A stretch of 64,000 bases of DNA from Laetmonice hystrix (lineage: Eukaryota). Positions 12,794 through 24,850 of this stretch are shown here, piece by piece (within the stretch, counting starts at the first letter, position 1; each line of letters begins with the position of its first letter). The translations under genes were made by a program, and so were the position numbers. The stretch covers positions 22,010,001 to 22,074,000 of the forward strand of contig OZ249448.1 of assembly GCA_965235115.1 (NCBI GenBank). The letters are read 5' to 3'. Under the pieces are notes generated by a model that saw nothing but the letters and a program-made list of their open reading frames with translations, searched no databases and was not told the origin of the DNA.

Positions 12794-14344
12794 CACAGAA
12801 AAAATTCAGGGTTAGCATGTTAGACATGTACGTTTCTCAAAGTTCGCCTTTTTATATTTTCTAATAAAGTTTTGAAATATTCGTCAAATTGACTAACATT
12901 CGCAAAAAGGTTGGTCATCATACGATACAGAGCGCCACCAAACAGGACTTTGAAGCATAATTTCACAAGAACGCCGCCATGATGGATAATGCAGCGCTTC
13001 CAAGGTAAATGAATTTTTTTCTGAAATAGCATTTTGTTTTGTCCCCCAGTTTGTGATTTTTGTGTCATGTGTAGAAGATATGTTCTGGATCATAGATTCT
13101 ACCTCTTTCTTGTGGTTTGAAATCAGGTGCCCTTGAAATAGATCAAAAAGTCTCACTCCCATTTAAAAATGGTGGCGCCAAATTAGCGGTTATACACGTA
13201 ACCAGTCGGATAGTGACGAGAGTGGAATGCCACCGAGCCAGAGGAAAGGAGGGTGGCGCTTGGGTTTGAATGGGGGAGGGAAGCACGCCCCCTTTGTTTT
13301 TTTTAAATTTTTCCATGTCTGGTGTAGGCCTGTTTATCCAGTCTAATTTACTAGACCTCCAATTACTGGGTCAAATTCAACAGGAACAGCAGCCCACTGA
13401 GCCAGACTAAGGCCAAAGACCCTTCCTTGCTAAGGTTAAGCACCGACGCCCCACTCTCACATGCTATAGGAGGTAGCATAGATTCACAGGAATCCCCCCT
13501 TCGCCTCAGCGATTTTGATTTTGAATGTTGACCCCTTAACAAGAGTGACCTAAAATTTAAATATTTCCTTCCAGTTTGTTTGGTCATCTTTTAAAAGTAA
13601 TTTAATTGTAATGTTATACAAACTTGACTGTTGAGCTCATTCATTTTTCATTTTTTTCAGGGAAGAGAAACAGAAGAGCACACATTTCTGATGGACACCG
13701 AAAGCTTCAACACAGAGACGGAAAACGGAGAAAACAACCTGAATAAATTTAAGTAGGGGATCATGATTGTATACATTCAATTACTTTTTAAATATTACAT
13801 AATAGCCATGTTAACTGTCCATGGTATTTGAGAACTACTTTACAAAGAGAAAATAAGAACTATGCAAGGTAGACACGTCAAGTTTTGATGGATTTGTCTG
13901 ATAAAAGTATGAATAAAGGTTATTTTCATATAAATGGTATTGAACTCTTATAATTTATACTTGTATCTTGATAGAAATATACGTTGATCCCACTACTTGT
14001 CGTTCATTAGCATGTAATTATTTAACAATAGTTCATTTTTCAGTTTAAATAACAAATATATTGAACCTTGTCAAAGTCTCATATGTAATAATGAAATCAA
14101 TTCTCCTTCTAGTTTGACACAATGTTAGTCAGTATGACCAAGATACTTCGTCATAGTCATAGTTAAAGTCACCCTTAGTCACAATAAGCAGGTCACTGGT
14201 GCTGGCGAACCTTGTTAGACTGTTAGTCAAAATGGCTAAGAATTTTAAAAAAGGTTCGGACATTTCTCCATCGTCAAAAACGCGAACATTTTGCTGATTT
14301 TTTAGCGTTTTTGACTAACATTCTAACCCTGAATTTTTTCTGTG
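12794..14344. mobile_element. Non-autonomous CMC/EnSpm(CACTA)-like DNA transposon, 1551 bp
   Basis: 30-bp TIRs with one mismatch: cacagaaaaaattcagggttagcatgttag (12794) and ctaacattctaaccctgaattttttctgtg (ends 14344). CAC...GTG termini, TG dinucleotide on both flanks (2-bp TSD), and subterminal gactaaca/tgttagtc repeats. No transposase ORF. Confidence 0.8.
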
Positions 14345-15937
14345 TGTAGTCTCTGACAGCTCCAGGGCTTGGCGAGCTTCCAATGCTGGCCTGATGAGTA
14401 TCAGCGAATACTCAGGTGTAGCTGATGGGACGAGGTCAGTTTTTGCTGCCGGGTCGCAGTGAAGGACTCGCCGTGAGATATTTTACAGGGCCCGCGTGTA
14501 TGACCGGTCGGTCAGGGAGGGCAGGAAACGAGTGGGTGGCTCACACGTAGAAATCAATATATAGGCCGAGAGTCTATAGGCCCATAGGCCTAGAGTCTAA
14601 AGGCCTAATTGTTGGAACATAGCTTTCTATAATAGGCCTATACCTAATTGTTAAAACACTGGCGGCACATTCTTTGATTCTCCGAGCGCATACAACAATA
14701 GGAGTTCCATCACCCATATCATATGTAAAGGCCGTGTGGTATCTCACCCGCGGCGCGTCCCAATTGTTAGACCCAATCATCGGAAAACAATAGCAATTTA
14801 GAAATTTATTACTCCCGCATACGTAAAAGTGGTTTCGGACTAGGCCTATATATGCCGCTGTAGTAAATTATGAAATTAAACAAACAAAGGAATAACTAAT
14901 TTACTAAGTACAGTGTTTCACAAGCTCGTACTTGGCCTCCGTCTACCCGTCAAAACTCTGATATCCTCCCAGACGGCTTTCCTCGAGTCGCCAGTTGACC
15001 AAGTTACTCTTTTTTTGTGAGAGAGAGACTTCTTTGAAATGCACTTGACTTTTCTTAGAAAACCAGGAATTTCGTCGTGTCATACATTATACCAGAAACA
15101 AGACTCCCACCCCTTGCATGCATCACCGACTAACACATGTAACACGCAGCCACAACTGCTGTATTAATATGCCCCTTTAAGGAAGCACGCTAGGATTCTG
15201 TGAGGGTAGCTTCTAAACCATTGAGAAAAACAGGTTAACGCTGTGGCGGTCATAGATTTATACTGACTTTTTGCGTTTTCAGCATTTCAACATTTTATCA
15301 GGTTTCTCACCACGGACGCTGTAATCTGTGTCCTCAGGATGACATGGAAGGCCATGGTCAGGTCTGTGTCTGACTGTGTCTGTCTGTGTCTGTGTCTGAC
15401 CGATCAGCAGCATCAGGTTATCATCTCTGACTGAGCCCAGCCGGTTTGTGTTTTCTGTCCAGGAAAAAGTGTTGTCAGAGCCGCACACATTTCCTCAGTG
15501 ACGAGGAGTGACGGCCTAGTTCTAGTGAATCGTTTCACTATCCAGTGTAACAGGACGGGGGATGGAAACGGTTCCTGTGCGAGTTATCCCAACACCAAAT
15601 CTTTAATCCACCGACGTTTGTATTAGTTGGGCATCACATAATGGCGGATTATCTGAATTCGAGCATGGGTCAAGAAAGCGATTTCCTACCCCGAGCTTAT
15701 AGCTGTGATGTTGTTACCGATGTCAGAATGAAAGATGCTGGTATATGAAGACGTACACCAACTTATCCGTACGGTACAGCGTCAAAGTTTCTATTGTCCC
15801 TCACAGCCAGGGTCAGGCTGACCTCGGAATCCTACCCGGGAGGCCTACAGGAAACTCGTGGGGTTATGTAGTTCTGAAAAAGTTTGTCAAGGACGAGGAC
15901 CAGATAGCGCTGGATTATAAAAAAGGGCAGCTGTGAC

Positions 15938-16519
15938 CTGTGACAGCTGGCCTAGGTGGATGTGTGGGTGGGCTGTGGCAGCTGGCCTAGGTGGATGTAT
16001 GGGTGGGCTGTGAGAGCTGACCTAGGTGGATTGGGTAGGCTGTGAGAGCTGACCTAGTTGGATTGGGTGGGCTGTGACAGGTGGCCTAGGTGGATTGGGT
16101 GGGCTGTGAGAGCTGGCCTAGGTAGATTGGGTAGGCTGTGAGAGCTGGCCTAGGTGGATTGGGTAGGCTGTGACAGGTGGCCTAGGTGGATTGGGTTGGC
16201 TGTGACGGGTGGCCTAGGTGGATTGGGTTAGCTGTGACGGGTGGCCTAGGTGGATTGGGTGGGCTGTGACAGCCTGGCTGGTGGATTGGGTGGGTTGTGA
16301 GAGCTGTGACAGGTGGATTGGGTGGGTTATGATAGCTGGGCTGGTCCATTGGTATGAGTTGTGATAGCTGGGCTGGTGGATTGGGTGGGTTGTGAGAGCT
16401 GTGACAGGTGGATTGGGTGGGTCATAACCCACCCAATCCACAACCAATGATTGGTATGAGTTGTGACAGCTGGAATGGTGGATTGGGTGGGTTCTGACAC
16501 AGCTGGCTTTGGTGGATTG
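15938..16519. repeat. G-rich minisatellite, ~32-bp unit ctgtga(c/g)agctggcctaggtggattgggtggg
   Basis: Direct reading. It degenerates toward the 3' end and contains a fold-back at 16408-16441. Confidence 0.9.
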
Positions 16520-17049
16520 CTGACATCTGTGCTCGGTGGACAGAGATGGACTCAGGGGCTGAACCGTTTATTGGGGACCCATTCTGGCTGATATCCAGGT
16601 CCTCGCAGTTGAAATTAACCATAGGCTTACATCATGTACCACATCGTACACATATTGTCGGAAGTGCTTCAAGGCTGTCCGTTAGTATGCGAGGCACGTG
16701 GTACTCAGCCTGGCTACGTGAGTGCTCGACTGTGTCTTGTTATCTTGTCATGTAGCAAGGACAGGTCAGACTCAAGCAGGCAGTAACATTTATATTCTTG
16801 TCAGGATATTTCATTCCCGTCCTTCCTGGTCCGAGGACAGAATCGGTGTGGACTGTGTCTCAGAAGATGATTCTGTTTGAAAGGATCTCTGTAATGTTAT
16901 TATGGACTGAAGCTGAGACCCTGCCTGGTCCCTCTTTACTGTAGCCCATGGTTTTGTGCGTATAGGGCAGCTGGCCAGCAACATTGAAAATTATATGTTT
17001 GATAGATTCCAGGCAGGTTTGTTTGACATTGAAAACTGAACTGTGAATA

Positions 17050-17420
17050 GTATAGATTACATTTGGTATAAAGTCGGGGCTATCCTTGTCTCCTTTGACA
17101 GAAGAATTCCGTGGAATCAGTTAAGAAAAGACAAGATCTTTGGATGGAGTCAGTCAAGAAGAGAGAAAGCCTTTGAAATCTATAGTCACGGTGATAAGTT
17201 GTGTATGAAGGTTCCATTTGGATGAACTTGGGTCGTAATTGCGACTTTCAAAACCACACCTTCTGATGTCGGTGAATAAGAAAGGCCCTTCAAGTATCTC
17301 ATGAAGATGGAATGACAGAAATGTTGATGTTTCAGATGTTTTGTGTTGTTCAAAGGAAGGTTAAGATTAGCTGGTGCGACTATACCTGGATGTGGTTACA
17401 GATAGTAGTCCCCACTGGAG
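17050..17420 (-). mobile_element. Decayed non-LTR retrotransposon (CR1/L2-like) reverse transcriptase fragment
   Basis: Minus-strand frames, with stops and frameshifts, give ordered pieces HFCHSIFMRYL / LFTDIRRCGF / ITTQV / TFIHNL / L*ISKAF. This follows the RT order ..IMxHL..LxxxQHGF..SxTTQL..xHD...LDxSKAFD. Confidence 0.5.
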
Positions 17421-19664
17421 GCGGTAGGCAAGTCTGTGTCTGGTGGCAGTCAGTGCCACACTAAAGACCGTTCAGAAATAGGATCCTAAGATATTGATTT
17501 ACGTCATTTTGATGAGGGCGGTCAGGTTATGAACATCGATATATCACTTTGTGGCGGAACCGCCCCGACATGTCGAGTGCTTGTTTCTTTAGTTGTATGT
17601 CCTCAGGGGACCATTGTCTTGGTTTCCGTTATGCTGTAATCGACTTTGATGTATATATTGAGGCTATGTAAACATTGCCAGCAGGTTGCGAATACCAGAT
17701 GACAGCCTTGATGTGTAGGTTAAGTTAATCTAGCCATAACTTCAGTCTTTTATTGTGCTAGGGGACTGACATTCGGTGGTCGTTGGCCGGTAGGGAGGAG
17801 TCGGTGTTCTGAGTATTATATTAATACATTTTAACAAAGGCGATGTTGCAGTCGTAAAAGTTTGGGAAATAGCGAGTACAGATAGGCTTTCGTCGATTAT
17901 TTTCTCTGCTGGAAACAATGCCTGTTCTAAGAACCAAGGAAAAAGTACCTTCTTGAACCTGATGATTTTTTTTTACTTTTTTTTTCTTGAATCTTCTTGC
18001 TTTTCTTTGGGGGGCAGGGAGCTGTGGTACACATTTAAAGACAACGATAAAAATGAAACTGTAGATACACAAGAAGGTCATAGGCATACTGTTACATCCC
18101 TTACAAATAATAGGAATGAAACAAAAATGGTGACAAAAAATAATTAAATACATGTGCATAGATGTCACCCTAAGCTATGGGCTGACGTGCAGCTTCAATC
18201 GCCGTAAGAAAATGACTAAGGGCCAATCTTAGAAATTATGACCGTTCAAAATGGTATGAGGTCAAGCGTTGGTCTGACCATCTTTGTTTACTTTCCGAGA
18301 AATTCGAGGAGTGGACAGGTTAAGTTGGCGGCGTCAGTTCCCACATTCACCGAGTATATACGGCGTTCTCATCGAGCCAGACGTCAGCATTCAGACACTG
18401 CCGGGACGCTCCAGTCGGTGTCCCAGGGTCACATGGAACGTTCACGTCTGTTTACCAACCTTAGTTCCGCCATACGACCCATCCTTTAATGCTACATTAC
18501 ACACAGTAAATGACATGCTCCCTGGTAGGTCTTAAGTTATGCCAGTTTGCGTGGGCGTTTTGGATCAAGAAAAGGAAATGGCTCACTGTATGTGAAAGGT
18601 GAGGGAAAGACATTTTGAAACTCAGACGTAATTGTCAGGTTGACCATGGCATGCAGAGCTAGGCGGATGTTAACCTGGAAACCGACGCCAGGGTGAAGGC
18701 ATGTGGCCCTGACAGAGTTGGCACTTGATCACATAGTCCTAGAACACACATAACGTGAGCACACAGCGCCCGAGTTCGCCTCACCTTGAACTCTTGAGGC
18801 ACAACCAGAGCGCCACCTATCGGGAGGGGGAGCAGATTGCAGAGGGACTTTGCATCAGGTCGGCGGTCCATAGTTGGAGTTTTGACAGGTGCGATGGGGG
18901 TTGTCCCTCCCCGCCCACGTTTGATTCCACTGCAGTTTCCATAATCACTTAACTCAGGCCTATAACTGACAACTGATCTCAGCACACGTGGGAATTGACC
19001 CTCTCAGATTTACGGTTGACCTCACCATACGGCACCTTCTGACACAGAACTCTCGCATCCCCCCTTAACTCCCCTTCTTTTTTACCCCGCCCCAAGAAGC
19101 CACCAGAATGGCAGTCGCTGATATTAAACATTCTATTTTAACCGTAAGCAGCTTATGCGCTTATACAGAATAAATTGTAATGACCTCAGTTTTGGGCCCA
19201 GAACAGACGGGACAGAATCATGACCGGATCTTACCGAGTCTCTTCATAATTTGGTAAAAGTTAGGTAAATACAAAAAACGTACAAAGTAGCATTTAACGC
19301 CAATAACGGTCGTAAGAAGCAGTCATTGCGTTGGTCTGTGAAGGATGCCGCTGGCAGTGAAAAGCCTGAAGAAGAGGGGCGCCAAGTGTTTGTAGTTGGT
19401 GCCATGTAAGTGTCAGGTGAGTTGTCACCTCTGGCTCCCACCTGACACCTACTCCTGGCCTTGTGTGCCACCAGTCGGCCAACGTTAGGTCTCTCAGCTC
19501 CCGGCCAAGGTTGGACGGTTGGGTGACCGTTATGTACTGTTGGTCTGGCACTCCCACCACGCACCGTCCGCCGGTCGCAGTGTGTTGTGCCGGGAGGCGG
19601 TCACCAGACGGCACTGCCACCGGCGACAAGACAGGAACGGCGGCCGTGTGCTCCCGACACGTGA

Positions 19665-20567
19665 CAGACGGTCACCTCGGCCTGCCGGTCACCCTGCCCA
19701 GGTCCCGGGGCAGACGGTCACCTCGGCTTGCCGGTCAACCTGCCCAGGTCCTGGGGCAGACGGTCACCTCGGCCCGCCGGTCACCCTGCCCAGGTCCCGG
19801 GGCAGACGGTCACCTCGGCCTGCCGGTCACCCTGGCTGGGTCCTAGGGCAGACGGTCACCTCGGCCTGCCGGTCACCTTGCCCAGGTCCCGAGACAGACG
19901 GCCACCTCGGCCTGCCGGTCACCCTGCCCAGGTCCCGGGGCAGACGGTCACCTCGGCCTGCCGGTCACCCTGCCCAGGTCCCGGGACAGACGGTCACCTC
20001 GGCCTGCCGGTCACCCTGCCCAGGTCCCGGGGCAGACGGTCACCTCGGCCTGCCGGTCACCCTGCCCAGGTCCTGGGGCAGACGGTCACCTCGGCCTGCC
20101 GGTCACCCTGCCCAGGTCCCAGGGCAGACGGTCACCTCGGCCTGCCGGTCACCCTGCCCAGGTCCCGGGGCAGACGGTCACCTCGGCCTGCCGGTCACCT
20201 TGCCCAGGTCCCGAGACAGACGGCCACCTCGGCCTGCCGGTCACCCTGCCCAGGTCCCGGGGCAGACGGCCACCTCGGCCTGCCGGTCACCTTGCCCAGG
20301 TCCCGGGACAGACGGTCACCTCGGCCTGCCGGTCACCCTGCCCAGGTCCCGGAGCAGACGGCCACCTCGGCCTGCCGGTCACCCTGCCCAGGTCCCGAGA
20401 CAGACGGCCACCTCGGCCTGCCGGTCACCCTGCCCAGGTCCCGGGGCAGACGGTCACCTCGGCCTGCCGGTCACCCTGCCCAGGTCCCGGGACAGACGGC
20501 CACCTCGGCCTGCCGGTCACCCTGCCCAGGTCCCGGGGCAGACGGTCACCTCGGCCTGCCGGTCACC
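19665..20567. repeat. GC/CpG-rich minisatellite, 46-bp unit cagacggtcacctcggcctgccggtcaccctgcccaggtcccgggg (~19.5 copies)
   Basis: Direct reading. The unit length is not a multiple of 3. Confidence 0.97.
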
Positions 20568-22336
20568 GGGTCCCGGGACTGTCGGCCACCACAGCCGGTC
20601 CGGTTGGGGCGGGGCCACTGACTGGACGGCCTTAAATACTCCAAGAGAATAAAGGTCTGGGAAATAAACAGGATGCCATTATATCTAGTCTATCCATCTA
20701 AGGAGAAAGTATATGTTTACACTGAAGTCTTGCAGGGCAGGTCTCCAGGGTCGAGTATGGTCTCTGCCTTAGTAAGCCTACATTATATACCCGGTACAGA
20801 GAAACCCGGTACGTGTACCTAGAAACTCATCATTGTCTGGTGGATGATGTTAACCAAAACTAAATTAACGACAAACATTTTGAGGTGGAAGGAAAGAAGA
20901 GAAAGAAAAACATAACAATCGTAGTTTATGGGCGAGAAAAAGAACAAAAGACGTTCGGATCTCGAACTTCCAATCTCAGGTGTCTCAGTGACCTCAAATG
21001 CTCATCCTAAGTTACCTTGGTTTGTTTTTACGTTACCTTAGTTTATTTTTTTAATTGAGCTAAAGGAGCCAATAATTAAGTACTGCCCGAAGGTTGACCA
21101 TGAGTTACCACGGGGCTAATTATAACTCTCGGTCAATGTCCTTCAAACTATTCGAAAAAAATAACCTCGGGGGCACTGCCAAAATACCTTTGCTGCAAAC
21201 TTGCGGTTTTTTGCAGACATAAACATATTCCAGAAATGCAGCGTCCCCGAGGAAAAAGAAAGAGCACTATGATGTAGTTAGTCTGCCACTGTCTGGAATG
21301 TGCATTGTTCTGTGAGTGCAATACCTGTCATAGAGCGAGCAGAATGTTTGAAAAGTTTCCTTGAAAATGTTCATTAAATACTCCTCACTACGTGTCTATA
21401 GCTGGGTTCTGTCGGCAAGAGCATCACCGACCACATTGTCAATAAAACATACAATGATTCACATTCCTCTGAAAATCCAACTACAGATCCAGAGGTCCTG
21501 GTCGGTAAAAGGTAGACAGTATCTACTATTAGATATACCGTTAGATACTTCCCATACACTTGATATCATTGAGACCTTTTGTATGCACAAACCTCCGCAT
21601 CCCATACTTTCATATAAAGGCCATACATGATATGAGGTGTTTGAAGTCGCAGTGAACACAGCTCGGACCGCGACCGTGTATAGATCAGTAATGTGGCCCC
21701 AACGTTTTGATGACCGTACAACCATTCTACACATTCTGCTATTGGTGTCAGGGTCATACTGTCTAAAAGGATGTGCAACAGCCCGCACCACCAAACCATA
21801 AATCATAAACGTGTGTCATGTTCTGAATGCTTGCAATATAACCTGTACTCATTCAGACTGGTAGAGTACCTTGTGATTATTCATAAATGGTATAATAATC
21901 ATATAGCACTTAATTTTCCATCATTGCAACAACTCTGTCTCACGTGCCTTTACTGTTTCAGGCTCGGCATTTAATTTGTAGTTAAGCTATTATTTCAGGG
22001 GTTTAAATGAATTTAACTCTAGATAGTGGACTACATAGAATCTTTGAATGAAAACTGAATTAAAATCCATAATCCTGGTTAAATGCACCATCCACACAGA
22101 AGCTAGAGAATATTTGATTGTGAGAGTTGTATTTAATACCATTGGCCACTTTCAGCCTGTCTGGGGCCGTTTTCAGTGGTAAGTATGGATGTTTTCAGTC
22201 AGACTTTCTGAATGTGATTACCCCATCATCTCCATGGTCTGTTTGTAGCACTGTTTATTACCACTGTAATATTTAATCTTTGTCTGGTGGTGAAATGATG
22301 ATTGCCTTGACATAGTTTGAGGGACTTTGTTGGTGT

Positions 22337-24322
22337 GTATGCCACGGGTTCCTCCTGTATGCCAAGGGTTCCTCCCGTATGTCAAGGGTTTCCTCCCGTA
22401 TGTCAAGGGTTTCCTCCCGTATACCGAGAGTTTCCTCCCGTATGTCAAGGGTTTCCTCCCGTATACCAAGGGTTCCTCCCGTATGCCAAGGTTTCCGCCC
22501 GTATGTCAAGGGTTTTCTCCCGTATGTCAAGGGTTTCCTCCCGTATGTCAAGGGTTTCCTCCCGTATGCCAAGGGTTCCTCCTGTATGCCAAGGGTTTCC
22601 TCCCGTATGTCAAGGGTTTCTCCTGTATGTCAAGGGTTTCCTGCCGTATGTCAAGGGTTTCCTGCCGTATGTCAAGGGTTTCCTGCCGTATGTCAAGGGT
22701 TCCTCCTGTATGCCAAGGGTTTCAAGCCGTATGTCAAGGGTTTCCTCCCGTATGTCAAGGGTTTCTCCTGTATGTCAAGGGTTTCCTCCCGTATGTCAAG
22801 GGTTTCCTCCCGTATGTCAAGGGTTTCCTCCCGTATGTCAAGGGTTTCCTCCCGTATGCCAAGGGTTTCAAGCCGTATGTCAAGGGTTTCCTCCCGTATG
22901 TCAAGGGTTTCCTGCCGTATGTCAAGGGTTTCCTGCCGTATGTCAAAGGTTCCTCCTGTATGCCAAGGGTTTCCTCCCGTATGTCAAGGGTTTCCTCCCG
23001 TATGTCAAGGGTTTCCTGCCGTATGTCAAGGGTTCCTCCTGTATGCCAAGGGTTTCCTGCCGTATGCCAAGGGTTTCCTGCCGTATGTCAAGGGTTTCCT
23101 GCCGTATGTCAAGGGTTTCCTCCCGTATGTCAAGGGTTTCCTCCCGTATGTCAAGGGTTTCCTCCCGTATGTCAAGGGTTTCCTGCCGTATGCCAAGGGT
23201 TTCCTGCCGTATGTCAAGGGTTCCTCCTGTATGCCAAGGGTTTCCTCCCGTATGTCAAGGGTTTCCTCCCGTATGTCAAGGGTTTTCTCCCGTATGTCAA
23301 GGGTTTCCTCCCGTATGTCAAGGGTTTCCTCCCGTATGTCAAGGGTTTCCTCCCGTATGCCAAGGGTTCCTCCTGTATGCCAAGGGTTTCCTCCCGTATG
23401 TCAAGGGTTTCTCCTGTATGTCAAGGGTTTCCTGCCGTATGTCAAGGGTTTCCTGCCGTATGTCAAGGGTTTCCTGCCGTATGTCAAGGGTTCCTCCTGT
23501 ATGCCAAGGGTTTTAAGCCGTATGTCAAGGGTTTCCTCCCGTATGTCAAGGGTTTCCTGCCGTATGTCAAGGGTTTCCTGCCGTATGTCAAAGGTTCCTC
23601 CTGTATGCCAAGGGTTTCCTCCCGTATGTCAAGGGTTTCCTCCCGTATGTCAAGGGTTTCCTGCCGTATGTCAAGGGTTCCTCCTGTATGCCAAGGGTTT
23701 CCTCCCGTATGCCAAGGGTTTCCTGCCGTATGTCAAGGGTTTCCTCCCGTATGTCAAGGGTTTCCTCCCGTATGTCAAGGGTTTCCTCCCGTATGTCAAG
23801 GGTTTCCTCCCGTATGTCAAGGGTTTCCTGCCGTATGCCAAGGGTTTCCTGCCGTATGTCAAGGGTTCCTCCTGTATGCCAAGGGTTTCCTCCCGTATGT
23901 CAAGGGTTTCCTCCCGTATGTCAAGGGTTTTCTCCCGTATGTCAAGGGTTTCCTCCCGTATGTCAAGGGTTTCCTCCCGTATGTCAAGGGTTTCCTGCCG
24001 TATGTCAAGGGTTCCTCCTGTATGCCAAGGGTTTCCTGCCGTATGCCAAGGGTTTCCTGCCGTATGTCAAGGGTTTCCTCCCGTATGTCAAGGGCTTCCT
24101 CCCGTATGTCAAGGGTTTCCTCCCGTATGTCAAGGGTTCCTCCTGTATGCCAAGGGTTTCCTGCCGTATGTCAAGGGTTTCCTGCCGTATGTCAAGGGTT
24201 TCCTGCCGTATGCCAAGGGTTCCCTCCCGTATTCCAAGGGTTTCCTCCCGTATGTCAAGGGTTTCCTCCATATGTCAAGGGTTTCCTCCGTATGCCAAGC
24301 GTTTCCTCCCGTATGTCAAGGG
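22337..24322. repeat. Minisatellite, 21-bp unit ccgtatgtcaagggtttcctc with 20-bp variants (~95 copies)
   Basis: Direct reading. A 645-bp higher-order duplication is shown by identical minus ORFs at 23026 and 23671. Confidence 0.97.
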
Positions 24323-24732
24323 TCAGCTGTGGTAAAGAGAAGGCCCTGCGGTTATGTTCTCTCAGTTACAGCCTACTTCCTCCCGTCACAGCCTTATTCT
24401 CTGGGTTAGCCCTGGATCCTCATGATAAAGTCGGTTTGGTACTGACAAGCAGTGAGTTCAGTTTACGACTGCTTGGCGCCCAGAGTGGCGATCAGAGTAT
24501 TTGGTTGATTTACTTGGTTCCTCGGATTGCACTCAAGTCGTTCAGTTACGGCATGGGACCTTCCGTTATCAGGTTCCTTGGCTGGAACTGCACTGACCTG
24601 CATGGAGTGATTATTGAATGTTTTGAGCTCCTCTGAAGCATGACCCGGGTTTGTATTCCACATGGGTGCATGAAAAAGAAATATACTGAGAATGAGCGAC
24701 TAGTTTTTTTTGGTGTTTTGTTTGTCTTGCAG

Positions 24733-24850
24733 CCCAGCCTGTTTTCGTAAATTGCCTTTATTTTACATACTGGGTTGTATTATCAGCGATGAGGTTCAGA
24801 GATTCGGAGGCCTCCTCTGATCTGGAAGATGTTGTTTCAGGCATGTTCAG
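24733..24850 (+). other. Candidate non-coding (5' UTR) exon upstream of the giant exon
   Basis: Strong acceptor gtgttttgtttgtcttgcag, followed by a weaker donor CAG|GTAGTC. Confidence 0.3.

Noticed and set aside
15463-15740. Exon after the strong acceptor gtgttttctgtccag
   Set aside because: There is no convincing donor or phase-compatible frame, so it cannot be supported without transcripts.
19519-20652. 377-aa Pro/Arg/Gly-rich ORF
   Set aside because: The 46-bp unit cycles through all three frames, which is a GC-rich satellite artefact.
20945-20975. tRNA or tRNA-SINE (B-box-like GTTCGAGATCC on the minus strand; similar words at ~49520 and ~49995)
   Set aside because: No A-box at the proper spacing and no cloverleaf could be built.
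21361-21974. Overlapping 60-115 aa ORFs
   Set aside because: No recognisable motif, no splice support, and mutually overlapping on both strands.
22317-24636. Long ORFs of 399-769 aa (VCQGFPP / YVKGFLP / MSRVSSR repeats)
   Set aside because: All three plus frames are open because the 21/20-bp satellite lacks stops, and the frames interchange at the 20-bp variants.
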